NCBI GenBank assembly: GCA_002189035.1
Contig: NEEC01000025.1
Span: 675,300-739,299, forward strand
Length of the DNA: 64,000 nucleotides
Reading direction: 5' to 3'
Origin: Utricularia gibba
Lineage: Eukaryota > Plantae > Magnoliophyta
The position numbers and the translations under genes were made by a program. Below the pieces are notes generated by a model. That model saw only the letters and a program-made list of their open reading frames with translations, ran no database searches and was not told the origin of the DNA. Below are positions 51,425 to 63,910 of the stretch, in pieces (position 1 is the stretch's first letter; each line of letters begins with the position of its first letter).

Positions 51425-52817
51425 ATGGGGGCGTCGGTGGCGTTGCTTGTGCAGCTGCTGCTGATCTCCAGCCTGAAAATCTCGAGTAAGAAACTGGAGC
51501 ATGAGACGAAGGCCCCTTGCAGTAATATTTTTGAAGGGAGTTGGGTACGCGACGCCGCATTGTTGCCTCCCTACACCCCCTCATCCTGTCCCTTCATCCA
51601 GTCGGAATTCAATTGCCTAAAAAATGGCCGCCCCGACCAACTCTACCTCCAGTACCATTGGCAGCCCTCCTCGGCCTGCGCCTTTTCCAGGTACATTCAA
51701 GCCAATGCTTCTTCTTCCCTTAAGTTGCATATCCATGATCCAATTCCGTAAATTAACACCCGCATGATCTTGGTAGTCTAGATTCGATGGGGCTGATTTC
51801 TTGCGAAGACTCCACGGAAAACGGATAATGTTTGTCGGTGATTCCTTGAGTCGGAACCAGTGGCAGTCACTGATGTGCATGCTTTACGCCTCCTCGCCGC
51901 CTGGCACCGCTGTTGATTCCACAACATCCGGCGAGATTTCCACTTTCACCTTCACGGTAAGATAGACCCCAAAAGGATCCGCTAGATTTGTTTTCCGAGT
52001 ACGAAAAGTGTCTTCCTCATATCCAGGATTATGGAGTTGAAGTGATGCTCCACCACACGTTGTTTCTTGTGGATGTTGTTCGGGAGGATAAAGGCCGGAT
52101 CTTGAAATTGGATTCCATAGAAAATGGAAAATTTTGGAAGGAGATCGACGTCCTCGTTTTCAACACATGGCATTGGTGGAACCGCCGTGGTCCATCACAG
52201 CCGTACGTTCGGATTTCACTAGCAGACCTTTAAAACGCGCGAGCTTACTGAATTTCCTCTTAGTTTTTGGTTGCAGATGGGATTACATAGAAGTAGAAGG
52301 CCAACTCTATGAAGACATGGACAGAGTTGTTGCCTTCGAGAAAGCTGTTACAACATGGGGCAAATGGGTGGATAACAACGTCGATCCTGCCAGCACAAAG
52401 GTTTTCTTCCAAGGAATATCTCCATCTCACTACAAGTAAGTTGTGCAGCCTCATCGCTCCCCGCAACACACAACTAATTTCACCGTCGCATCCTTGGTGT
52501 GGTGCGGCGTGTGTTTTTTTTACTTGCAGTGGCACTTTATGGAACGAGCCGAAAGCGAGGTCTTGCATCGGACAGAAAGAACCGGTGGCTGGATCAACTT
52601 ACCCTGGAGGAGTTCCTCCGGCTTTGCCGCAATTGAAGAGAGTGCTGAGCACAGTACGCAAACCTGTTCAGTTGCTGGATATAACGAATCTCTCTCTCCT
52701 GAGAAAAGACGGGCATCCTTCTATCTACGGCCTACCAGTTACCACCGACTGCAGCCATTGGTGCCTCCCGGGGTCCCCGATACCTGGAACCAAATACTTT
52801 ACAATCTGATTCTTTAG
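51425..52817 (+). CDS. TRICHOME BIREFRINGENCE-LIKE O-acetyltransferase (TBL41/42/43-like), 5 exons, apparent -1 frameshift at 52770-52773
   Basis: [45 protein letters not shown] (GDS), [25 protein letters not shown](V)PDTWNQILY (DxxH). Confidence 0.9.
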
Positions 52818-53040
52818 CAACAACCCCACAGGGAATCGCATCACAATACTCTTCATTTTGTGTCTCACACACTTGGAACCAGTTGTTGACGCACATGCAC
52901 ACATCATTGGTTGATTATTGGTAAATGCAGCTATTGCTGTTGTAAGGATGAAACAAAACTAAGAGCAATCAGAACTTGATTAGGTAGCCCCACTGGCCTT
53001 TGAGATCGCTCCTGGCCAACGGAACCCACACAACGTTCCA

Positions 53041-54528
53041 TCAAAGATTCTTTCTCCTCTTAGACGGGGGAAAATAAGGCCTATTACGGTGGTCCTTGAA
53101 GTCCTGCATAAGCGAAGAGCATATATCGGGCACGAAGAATGATGTGTTGTAGACACTTCGAGGATTCTTAGGGCACCAAAGACCAGAGATTGTTGGGGGA
53201 GAAGGCATCTGCGGCACGGTACAGTGTGAATCCGGAACCTGTCCAATGCAATCATCGCATTCTAACTCAGCATCTGCCACTCGCTGGGAGCCACTATCCG
53301 AATCCCCAAGCTTCCCACTGTCAGCCTGACAGGCAAAGAAAGCCATGCAGTTGAAAGCCTTCGTCAAACCATCAACTTAGTTGTCTAATGTAAAGAACTA
53401 CAACAAATCCAGAAATACGGTAAAATCCATGGACTATACCTTGGACGATCCATTGTCCATGAAGTAAAAATTCTGGCTATGATCACCATGCGCAAGGAGC
53501 TCATCCAGCGACCACGGGGGCACACCGCCATATGCAGAACCTCCAGAAAAAGCTAGCCTTGATGCTGAAAGCTCTTCTCTTGCACCCGCTTGGTAACGAC
53601 TTTCCTGTGGGATTGGGGTTATTCTCTTTGGAGCAGCATGGAATTCTTTTCCGGAGCCCTTGCCATCGGAACGAGAACTGGCTATCCCAAAGGAAGATGA
53701 TGACCCTGGCTCAGCAACTTCAATTTCAGTTTTCACTCCTGTAAGTAGAAATCTCTGGTGTGCAGAGACCAGAGTGTTCACGGAATGCACATCTAAATCA
53801 CACTTCCGGCAAAGCAGCGCTCGATCCTCGAGGCAAAAAAAGTAACCTACGGTTTCCTGAGAGATGTTTGAAAACAACATAAAAAAAAAAATACTTCAAG
53901 ACGACATAGAAGAAACAGAAAGTCTTACTAGGCGCATAGGGAAGGCAATTGCACCGTATCAAATGATGAAGGCATTCACATTCCGAAACAGAAATCATTT
54001 ACCAATGAATTCCAAAACAAGAATAAGAACGAACTTCACAAATCTGATAAAATAGGAGAACATAAGCAGTTCCAGATCGATGGCCATTAGAAATCTCTAT
54101 TAATCCTTCTGGAATATCTACCAGTTAAGAAGTCGTAAAGGAATAGGAGATGCACATCTGGTAACTGGGGTCACCGAACTCTAAGAAAACCATACGCCAC
54201 AAATTCTAACCAGGAATTAGTAGCATCCACACTTTCGAGGTATTTCTGAAAATCAGTAGTAGCCAAAAGGGCAAGGACCTTCTACTCAAGCAATTAACTA
54301 CTGGTCTAGATTCAGAACTCCGGTTGGTGTAAATTTTATACCAACCTGGCAAATATCACATTTGGGCATCGGAGAAGATGAGCTACAGAGTGGAACCCTC
54401 TGGTGTTTGCTAGCGAGCCTGTTTGCTGCGTGCACTTTCTGGTCGCATATCAAGCAAAGTGCCGCCTCGTCGGCGCAGCAAATGACGGCCGCTTCTGCCG
54501 CCTCGCAAACGTTGCACTGGATCTTCAT
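53041..54528 (-). CDS. Double B-box zinc-finger transcription factor (BBX22-like), 3 exons
   Basis: [25 protein letters not shown]...KHQRVPL, PKCDICQ|[20 protein letters not shown]...[26 protein letters not shown], terminal NLS KRRK. Confidence 0.9.
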
Positions 54529-54935
54529 TCCGACTGTGCACTGCAACTTGGTTGAAGCCCAGTAGCTAAAGATTTGATGCGGTAGCCCTGACCAGAAAAT
54601 TTAGAACAAATTCGCGTCGCTCGCCCGGAGTGGTACAGGAGGGTGATGGAGACGATATTTATTCCCTCCTAGAGGGAAGAGGAAGATGTTGATAAATGGG
54701 CTGTCTTGCCATGCCTCATCTGGGCCCACTTAAATATCCAATCCATCCATTCTACACGGACTACTTGCGAAAATCCAACACGCGTTGAAAAGGCCCAAGC
54801 CTTTTTAAATAGGCGTTGGAGCCCAGCCCATACTTTCTTTCACGGGTGATTTACGCAAGTCGCGCGTCCGGCAATAATACCCCCCTACTCATGGTCAAAG
54901 GAGCCGTTGCGCGCCTACTCTTCTTCTAGTCAGCA

Positions 54936-55125
54936 ATGGTAACGATCCCTTCTTTCCCAGTTTTAAGTTGCAATTCTTTTTTATCGGCTCTCTTTTGCTC
55001 CAAAGACCGCGTAATCTGTGAACCAAAGGCCTACCCACTGGCTGATGCGCAACTTACTGCAACCATTCTTGACTTGGTTCAACAAGCTGCGAACTACACA
55101 CAGCTCAAGAATGGTGCCAGTGAAG
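54936..55125 (+). pseudogene. SNU13: Truncated SNU13/15.5K (NHP2-like protein 1, L7Ae family) pseudogene
   Basis: ATG-only exon, intron 54939-55005, exon 55006-55125 encoding PKAYPLADAQLTATILDLVQQAANYTQLKNGASE. In-frame TAA at 55012-55014, one base missing in GTGAAC(C)CA, and no recognisable final exon (ATKTLNRG...EILLHLP) downstream. Confidence 0.85.
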
Positions 55126-55786
55126 GTTTGAAGCATTCCTCAAGGAGCATGAAGCTATTTTTGCTGGAAAAACTTCACATAACTGAGGGTACAGTTTTCG
55201 GACTGGCTCGACTACCTTGTTGAAAGTAGTGTCCAGCTCGCTTCCTCTCCCAAGGCCACTTGGCAAGGAGATAATGGAGATAGGTAGTATTGTTTATGGG
55301 CCCGATCTGCCTAGCACCGAGACCTACTGTGGACATATCATTCATGCCTAATCTGAAATCCCACTCCACGCCATAACTCAATAAATAGAAAAGAAAAATA
55401 GTGGAATGGATTTTATTTTCATCATCAGCCAAAAAAACTGAAGCCACAGAATGAAGCGCCTTCCATCATGAAACAAGCGTGTGCGATCTTCCTTACTGGC
55501 CGAGAAGAAGGAATCGGCGTTTTCGCACAAGATATACCTGAGAAACGCTGGGCGCGGGTTCCATTTCCTTCCTTGTTAGCGTTGCAGGTAACCTTATCCA
55601 GCATATGCATAACCACACCTCCGTCTCCACCTGCTTTGCCTAGTTGGACATAGATTTCTTTAAATCAATCGGCGCGATGATATCGAAAGCTCTTTCTTAT
55701 TTTTCGCGTTCGTAGTCACTTGTATTCTCTGGCCGTCAATTGACTAGCACATCGTTCAGATAATTTGCAGTTTCATATATTTGGAG

Positions 55787-58103
55787 ATGGCTCAATTTAC
55801 AGCTGGGGGAGGGGGTCGCCCAAAGTCACTCTTTAGTATGGATGGATGGCCCGTTGGTTTCGATTCGCAATATCACCGCCTTGGGGTTACAACTTTGGGC
55901 GGCTGCCGAGGGAGGTACTCGAGATACAATTACTCGTTTTCAGTTCCTCGTGGAGAACCAAGGATCAAGCTCTGGATTGTTCGAGCTCTCATGGCAGATG
56001 CCTCAGGATCATCATTAACTTCCGCGGGAAATATATGGAGTGACACCTTTGATGAGATTCCGAACGATGATATGGACTTCGAATTTGATGAACTGGCTGG
56101 TTTCAGAGGGTTGGTTCTGGATATTTCCTACAGGTTAGCTTCTCGTTTTGCTTCTACCAACAATATAATGATCTTGAAATTCCATTGTGTCATTATTTTC
56201 CTGGTTACGGAACCCGCATTGCGTTGTCGGAAGTAGCTTGCCTGGCTATAATACGTACCATGTTATACATAAAATGTGCAGTTCATTGGCATATGAGAGA
56301 CTTGGAAAAATAGGGATTATCTGTTAATTAGGTTCTGCATTCCCCACCCTTATTTCCTACTTCTGAGGAGTGTGATATCAAATATCTGTACAGGCCTTAC
56401 TGATGTTTCTTTATTCGCCATAAAGCATGATTTGTGCGCTCAGCTTGTTTTTTTTTTTCATATATTCCCGCTTTTGTTTTGTTTATTCTTCTATCATTGC
56501 TCATTTTAGTATATGCTGTTGCATTCTATTATAGATGTATTTATGCACAATAAATGATATGTAGGTGATAATATAGCAGCGTTGCTATTATAATTTTTGC
56601 AGACTATTTTATGAAACGATGCTAATGGGTTTGCCCTTTATCATAGGCCTGTTAATGTTGTATGCTGGAAACGTGCCATATGCCTTGAGTTTATGGATAA
56701 GGTTAGTTTTTGCAACCAACACAACCATTAATCTCCGAAGACCTCGAGAACTTATTGCGCCAATTATGTCTTCCATGTATCAATGACTACATAGCTGTTT
56801 TTTTTTTTTTTTTTTTTTCTAAATAACACAAACATCTAAATATCAATGGAGCCTTTACGTAACATGCAGGATTTGAAGTTTGAGCTAACGATGGTCTTTG
56901 GTGATATCTGGTTTCATACAGTTGCAGTTGTTGTTGTTTCCACGGAACCTTAATATTATTATTTCGTGTGGTTCTCCTTTATTGCAGGCTGATGTCCTCG
57001 AATACTACGACCAAACTATAAGCTCTCCAAGTGGTTCATTCTATATTCCCGCTGTTTTAAGGGTATGCCTACTTTTCATTTTAATAATATTGTTTTCTCG
57101 TCGCATGATTCCTAATTTCAGTGGTTGATTTCCGGTGTGAAATTTAGTTATTACCTCATTCTTTTGGTCGAAAAGCTTCCATGTTCATTGTCTATAAAGA
57201 CTTCTCTTTTTCCGACTCTGTCAACCGTCGTAGCTATTTTTATTCATTTGAAATGCGTCAACCGTGACAGGTTCCACAATTACTACAAGTCAGGAGAAGG
57301 AAAGTGAAGAGAAACCTTAGTCGTAAAAATGTCTTCCATCGGGACAACTTCATGTGCCAGTGAGTTATTTTCCTTAATATTGTGCTTCACCTCGCAATCC
57401 AAGGCATAGGCGTCCGTCTTCACCAATGAAACCACTTGATTACTCTAACGGTGTTTTCTTGTTAGGTACTGTTCATCGCATGACAGCTTGACCATTGACC
57501 ATGTTTTGCCAATTGCTCGAGGGGACAGTGGACATGGGAAAATTTGGTAAGATGATAGTTGTAGATTGAAGTCTTGCGTGCTTTGTAAACCTTGGTGAAA
57601 GAGTATGCTGATATCATGCCACTGAGTTTGGACCTAAACTCCAAGCTACCAAAGTGGCTTCTAAAAATATTTTGTGGTAAAAGAAACTTGTTCGCCTGTT
57701 TTTTTCCTATAATAATTGTTTCAAAAATCAACACCAATTTATTCATGAATTAGGTCGCAGCTTGTGCCAAATGCAACTCAAAAAAGGGCCAGAAAACCTT
57801 GGAGGAGGCGAATATGAAATTGATGAAGACACCTAAGGTACATGCTCGAGGTCTTCGTGATAACTGAATGAAGTGATAAAATCACCTGAACAATCAAGAT
57901 TTGTTGAACATGGAACTGAAATTCCGATGCGATCAATTCTGAGTTGGATATATAAAGATCTTTTTTACATTTTATAGGCTCCCAAGGACTTTGATATACT
58001 TGCTATTCCGCTGACAAACTATACTAGGCGTATGCTGAGAATGCGGAAGGGTATGCCAAAGGAGTGGCAAGAGTATCTCTCAAGTCCACACGCAGCGCCA
58101 TGA
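55787..58103 (+). CDS. HNH endonuclease domain protein, probably plastid-targeted, multi-exon, apparent -1 frameshift at 57521-57524
   Basis: FRGLVLDISYR|PVNVVCWKRAICLEFM, ADVLEYYDQT, LSRKNVFHRDNFMCQ|YCSS...LTIDHVLPIARG(G)QWTWENL|VAACAKCNSKKG; ends ...SPHAAP* at 58103. Confidence 0.87.
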
Positions 58104-58505
58104 TGTCCATTGCATGTAGGACTCCGCGCATCAATTCCTGTACATCACGCAACACTAAAGAAGATACTGTAAGGGTGCAGATTATATGTAAATAGTGAAT
58201 TCCATCATTCAGGTCGATTTGAGATTTATTAGTTAGTTTGATAAGAATAATGATTTTTAGGGTTAAGTTTGTTATAGTTAAGGATATTGGTGAATCAACT
58301 ATTCAATCTCACTGGCCGACCCTGACCCCTGTTATTTTGAGGTCATATCTAGTATTCAGAGTTTGCCTCGATTCGCCACGTACTTCGAGGTTCTTTAAGA
58401 GCAAATGAATCAACTAATGGGCCAAAGGCAGCCTTCATGAAAGCGATACCTGACCAAGGAGAACTAATCAATATAAATCTTCATGTACCGGCGGGGCTGT
58501 CAATC

Positions 58506-59145
58506 TAGCTCAACCAGGCGTATAATCTAAATTAAAATCGATTTTTTTTTAAAAAAAAAATTTAAATTGATAGTGGATACAAATATGAAAATTGCAAAAT
58601 TGATTATAAATAATCAGGATCCATATTTAAACTCTTAAATAATAATTGATTATAACTTCAAAATATATATCTGATTTTCTTTTATGAGAATTGATTTTTA
58701 AAAATCAATTCAATTCTCAAAGAAGTTTGGATGTATAACTTGTCATATAGGATTGTTTTTTTCAAAATTGATTTTAAAAAATAAATTTAATATTATATTC
58801 TTTTATTAATATATAATTATAGATAATACAATTTTTTAAAATAAATACTAATTTATATATTTTTAAAAAAATTATTCTGCTTACATGGGGTAGGATTTTA
58901 CAAATTTTCACTCAATAACACAAGAATTATTGATTTAAAAATTTTTAAAAATTTGATTAATATTGATGTTATATAATATATTTCATTTAAATAAATTTAT
59001 AAAATATGATTATTAGTAAATATGGATAAATTTTATAGTAATCGTTATCAAAAAATACTTCCAAACATGTATAAATTCTCATTCTAATAAAATTTTTGTT
59101 TTTGTTAAAATCAATTATGAAATAATTTTTCCCAAGGTTGACCTA
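58506..59145. mobile_element. AT-rich, MITE-like degenerate segment
   Basis: Very AT-rich. Weak inverted ends GCTCAACC / GGTTGACC flanked by TA, and an inner inverted pair GTTTGGA / TCCAAAC. Boundaries uncertain. Confidence 0.3.
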
Positions 59146-59183
59146 ATCTGTCTGCTCATACGTGCTCATAATATGTATGCCTC

Positions 59184-60135
59184 GGGTGATTTTGTTAAAT
59201 ACCCTTGTCATAACATATTTATTGTTCATTTACCATTTACACTTTAATGCATTTGTTTTTTACCTTTTTTAACATTTTTTATTGTCATTTTACCTTAGTT
59301 ATTCTTTTTATTTGTGTTTTACCTCTTTTTAATGCATTTGTTCTTTACCTGATATTATAAACTTAAACTAACTAAATCATAATAATAAAACTTATTTACC
59401 TTTATTTTAATCTCTAAAATTTCGAAAACCTTAATATTATATTATAACTAAAATATAAATACTTAATTTAAATCTTCAATTGAAACTATAAAGTCTGAAA
59501 ATAAACTATATTTTTAATAATATTAATATATGAACCATAATCCACTGCTTAAATCATCTAAGGGGGAATTCGATTTCTTATCTTTGCTATTTATGAATTC
59601 ACCGTCTAATCGGTGGAAATCAAGCTAGGCGGCTCCGACGTGGGTTTAAACAATTCCTATCCAATATACTACAAAAATTTGTTTCATGAAAATTATAAAA
59701 TATAATCATGAATTTCGAAAAACTAATATTATACTATTACTAAAGTATAAATACTGAATTTAAACCTTCAATTGAAATCTTAAATTATGAAAATAAAGTG
59801 TATTTTTAATAATATTAATATATCAAAAAAATGTATCCAATAAATTTATTAAAACTAAAAAATATAAAAAATCATAAAGATAAGATAAAATGAAAAAATA
59901 ACTCTATTTTTGTTAATATTACAAAGTTTTTATAAAGTTAATATAAATAAAAAAGTAAATGAAAAAAGTTGAGGTATTTACCCATTTAATCTTTTAAGGT
60001 AATATAAAAGTAATGACAAAAGATAAGGTATGTTACTAATTATATTTAAAAACTCAGGTAAAATAATAATAAATTTAAAAAGTAGGGTAATATGAAAATG
60101 TTTTTAAAAATGTAGAGTATTTCACTCATTTACTC
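59184..60135. mobile_element. Non-autonomous Mutator-like element (MULE), 952 bp
   Basis: Perfect 10-bp TSD TGTATGCCTC at 59174-59183 and 60136-60145. Degenerate TIRs GGGTGATTTTGTTAAATACCCT vs GAGTAAATGAGTGAAATACTCT (reverse complement of the right end, 15/22). TTTTACC repeats on the left mirror GGTAA repeats on the right. Confidence 0.8.
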
Positions 60136-60446
60136 TGTATGCCTCTGCTCTTGCTTCGAGAGCTGAGGGAGTACCCGAGGAGACAGTGACTGGCTTATTT
60201 CATTGTCGGGGTTTTCCCCAGATATGGGAGCGTCAATCCGCAGCGTCAATTGACTATCGGGGCTGTCTCTGCAAGGTAATAAGCAGTGATTTCAGTAGGA
60301 TTTTGAGGTGACAAAACTGACGGAAACTAGATTGAACATAATGCTAGGGAACCTATTATGCTGCTAATTCTTCAATTCGGTCACCAATATGTTCCAGCTT
60401 TGACAAGAACTTCCATTTTCTGCTTTGATCCTTAGAGAGAATTACA

Positions 60447-63436
60447 ATGGCGAAACACCATATTGGTAGATCCCTCGCTTCAGTCATACAATCCAACCGC
60501 CTATCATCGTCTTGTGCTGTTGATCTGCCATCTATCTCATCTTCTTTGCGTAGGGTAGTTGTAACAGGTATGCCATTGTGTTATTTCCACTCCAATTCTG
60601 TTCCTTGCTCTGTCGTGGCTTTGGTTTTGATTTCCTCAAGTTGTAGGTTTAGGAATGGTAACTCCATTGGGCTGTGGTGTGGAAGTCACGTGGAAGCGTT
60701 TGGTTGAAGGAGAATGCGGAATCAGGGCAATCAATATAGACGATCTCAAGATGACTGGTTTCGATGTAGAGACTCAGATGCATACCTTTGATCAACTAAC
60801 TTCTAAAGTTGCTGGTGTCATACCCTGTGGATGCAACCCGTATGAATTTAATGAAGAGCTGTGGCTCAAACTAAAGGTATAGCTTTTTCCCCCTCATTTT
60901 TTTTCCATAATTCATTAGTGGGGCCCTTCTTGTACCGTTATTTGTCATGCTCGTGGATGGTTAATTGAGTTGGCAATATTTTGGATTTGGAAGATTTTTT
61001 TGGGTAGCAGTTAACACATCCTGATTATTATTTTAAGTTTGTTAAGTTTCTATTTGTGAATCACTCCAGGAACACAGGTCGACGTCCAGGTTCATAGGCT
61101 ATGCATTGTGTGCTGCAGACGAGGCTCTAAGGGATGCAAATTATTTACCCCAAAGTCAACAGGAGAAGGAAAAAACGGTAGTCTTTTTGTGGAGTGTGGC
61201 TGATGTCACATTTTCTTTTGCTGCAAACATCTGAGTTCTACAGTAAGTATGAACAGGGGGTTTCGATTGGTGCTGGAACTGGCAGCATGAGTGATATATT
61301 GGATGCTTCAAGAATGATTATTGAGAAGGTGGATTGCTTTTTCCTGCTACCAAGTATTTGCTGTTCTTCCATTATGTCTGATGGTTGAGAACTTCTGTTC
61401 TATTTTTATTTAAATCTAGAAACTACGCAAGCTAAGTCCATTTTTCGTTCCAAGGATGTTAGTTAACATGGCGTCTGGTCATGTGAGCATGAAGTATGGT
61501 TTCCAGGTATTTGCATATAACTCCTCAACTTTATGGACGCGATACTGATATCTTTTCACTGACAATGCTTTTATTTTTTGTTCATGAAATTAATCTTGTT
61601 TTCTATTTAAAGCCAATTGCAGTCCTAAAGCTGGTGACGCCTTTTCATTTTTTGTCCATGTCTGTTCCTATTTCTCAATATATATGTTGTTTACATTTCT
61701 GATGTATCACATCTTTTATTTGGTAGATAGTGTTTACATTGTAGTCTTGGTTTTGAATGTAGGGCCCAAATCATGCTGCAGTAACAGCATGTGCAACTGG
61801 TGCACATTGTATTGGAGATGCTGCTAGGATGATTCTATTTGGGGATGCTGATGTTATGGTGGCTGGTGGTACTGAGGCATGCATTGATGCTCTATCAATA
61901 GGAGGCTTCTGCAGGTAATAATTATATATTCAATTGCTGTGTAAATAATTCTTGTTCGGATCTCTGCTTGATAGTCTCTATGGTCTTCTCTTTTGGGCTA
62001 GCCTTTCAATCAGGTAGCCACCCAGTTGTTTATTCATGAATCTCTCTCGAATTTCCAGGTTCCAAATACAATTTCTTTAACTAATTCTTGTTTTGTGAAC
62101 AGGTCCAGGGCGTTGTCAACCAAATACAACACAGTTCCCAGAGAATCCTCAAGACCTTTTGATTCAAACCGCGATGGTTTTGTGTGAGTAATCTGATCTG
62201 TGTAATTATGTGTTCTTGAAGAATGTTATTTAATGCACTTCTTAAACACAGAATAGGTGAAGGTTCTGGAGTTATTGTTTTGGAGGTGTGTTTTCTTCAG
62301 TATTATATTTTATTTCTGGTTTGAATGTAATGGCAATTAAATTCGCTCATGGAGTATAATGTCTGTAGCCTGAATGACATTGTTCTTCGAGATCACTATG
62401 CTCTTCGTTTTTAGGAATTAGAGCATGCAAAAAAGCGAGGAGCCGAAATATATGCAGAGTTCCGTGGTTATGGAATGTCTGGTAGTTTTCGTAGTCACGA
62501 ATTCTGTTATTTTAAAACCATGTAGCTCATGAGATTGCTTGCTGCTTCCTTAAGGTGACGCCTACCACATAACTCAACCTCACAATGACGGGAGGGGAGC
62601 TATTTTAGCCATGTCCCGTGCTCTCAAGCAGGTATTTTACTTCACACCCATTTTAGCATGGATGATTATCATTTCCTGTATTTCATGATGCAAATTTGAG
62701 TTATATTGCAGTGCAACCAGAATTAGTAGACACCAGTTTTCTTAACTTCAACAACAGACTTAAGGCACTAGAGGAGTGGAATTTTTTCTAATATTTCTTC
62801 TGTGCTGTGCTTGCAGTCCAGGCTGGGACCTGAGCAGGTGGATTACATCAATGCCCATGCAACTTCAACTCCTCTCGGTAATTTTGATTGCATTGCAGTG
62901 GGACTCCAGAGTAAGAGTAGTGGCTGTGGGATGGAAAGCCTGCTATGGTTGGACCAACATGGGTTTACACATTTGTAGGTGATCTAGTGGAAGCTAAGGC
63001 TATCCGTTCGTTTTTTGGGGATCATGCAACATGCGGTGCACTGGGCTTGTCCTCCACCAAGGTTTTTACTTTCCACCTTTATCAATAACATTCCAAGCTC
63101 TCCCTTATTAGCATTGCTTCGTGTTTTATGTGTCAAGGGTGCAACTGGGCATCTTCTTGGTGCAGCAGGTGCCGTTGAAGCAATTTTCTCCATACTAGCA
63201 GTAAAACACGTAAGCTCTTTATTTTTGCTGATATGAGCGAGGATGAATGCATCATAATATAATTGCAGGGCATAGCACCATTGACACTCAACCTAAAAGA
63301 ACCGGACCCTCTTGTATTCGGTGGGAAGTTCATGCCCCTGATGTCCTCCGAGACGAGGAGCATCAGGGTAGCGCTCTCCAACTCCTTCGGCTTTGGGGGA
63401 ACAAATTCATCCTTATTGTTTTCCTCGTTGGCTTGA
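60447..63436 (+). CDS. mtKAS: Mitochondrial 3-oxoacyl-[ACP] synthase, about 14 coding exons, reading frame intact
   Basis: RRVVVTG|[25 protein letters not shown] (catalytic Cys), [11 protein letters not shown]|[17 protein letters not shown]|GD, SSTK|[21 protein letters not shown]. Confidence 0.93.
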
Positions 63437-63910
63437 CATCATAAACCATGCTTGAATATGTCATGATGAGCTTCTTTTATTTTGTCACAACCGAACTGAA
63501 GAGGCTGGAATCCCATGGGCAACATTTGATCCATCAGGTATCTCTCGCTAGTTTTGTGTTTTGTGGGGATAAAAACAGGGTTTTCATGGTTGCCTTTTTT
63601 GGCACGCCAATGTACCAGTTACTGCTCTTAGGGCTGTTCTTGGCGTCGCTAGCTGCGTTTTACATTTTCTTTAAGAACTCGAGTTGTTTTGGGGTCTCCC
63701 CATGCTAAGGGCTGACCCCAAAATGGAAGCTGATATGGGTACTGATCAAAATATGCGGGAGGCACGTAACTTGATGTAATACTTCGACCAACCCATTAGA
63801 TATTTATGTATTTTAAATGTTTTGAGCATTATCTCTGCTATAAACTAGTATAGAATGCTAAAGCTGAGTTACTCGCATCAGGGTTTGGGGTTGTTTTAAG
63901 GCCTCCCCAT

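Noticed and set aside
55175-55447. Minus-strand peptide YGVEWDFRLGM resembling psbA D1 (EWELSFRLGM), suggesting a plastid insertion
   Set aside because: Similarity is limited to a few residues, nucleotide identity is poor, and the flanks do not continue the match.
2765-57524. Programmed ribosomal frameshifting or mass pseudogenisation as the cause of the frameshifts
   Set aside because: The sites share only a short G/C run, with no common slippery heptamer or structure; the genes are unrelated and show no other decay. Consensus error is far more parsimonious until reads show otherwise.
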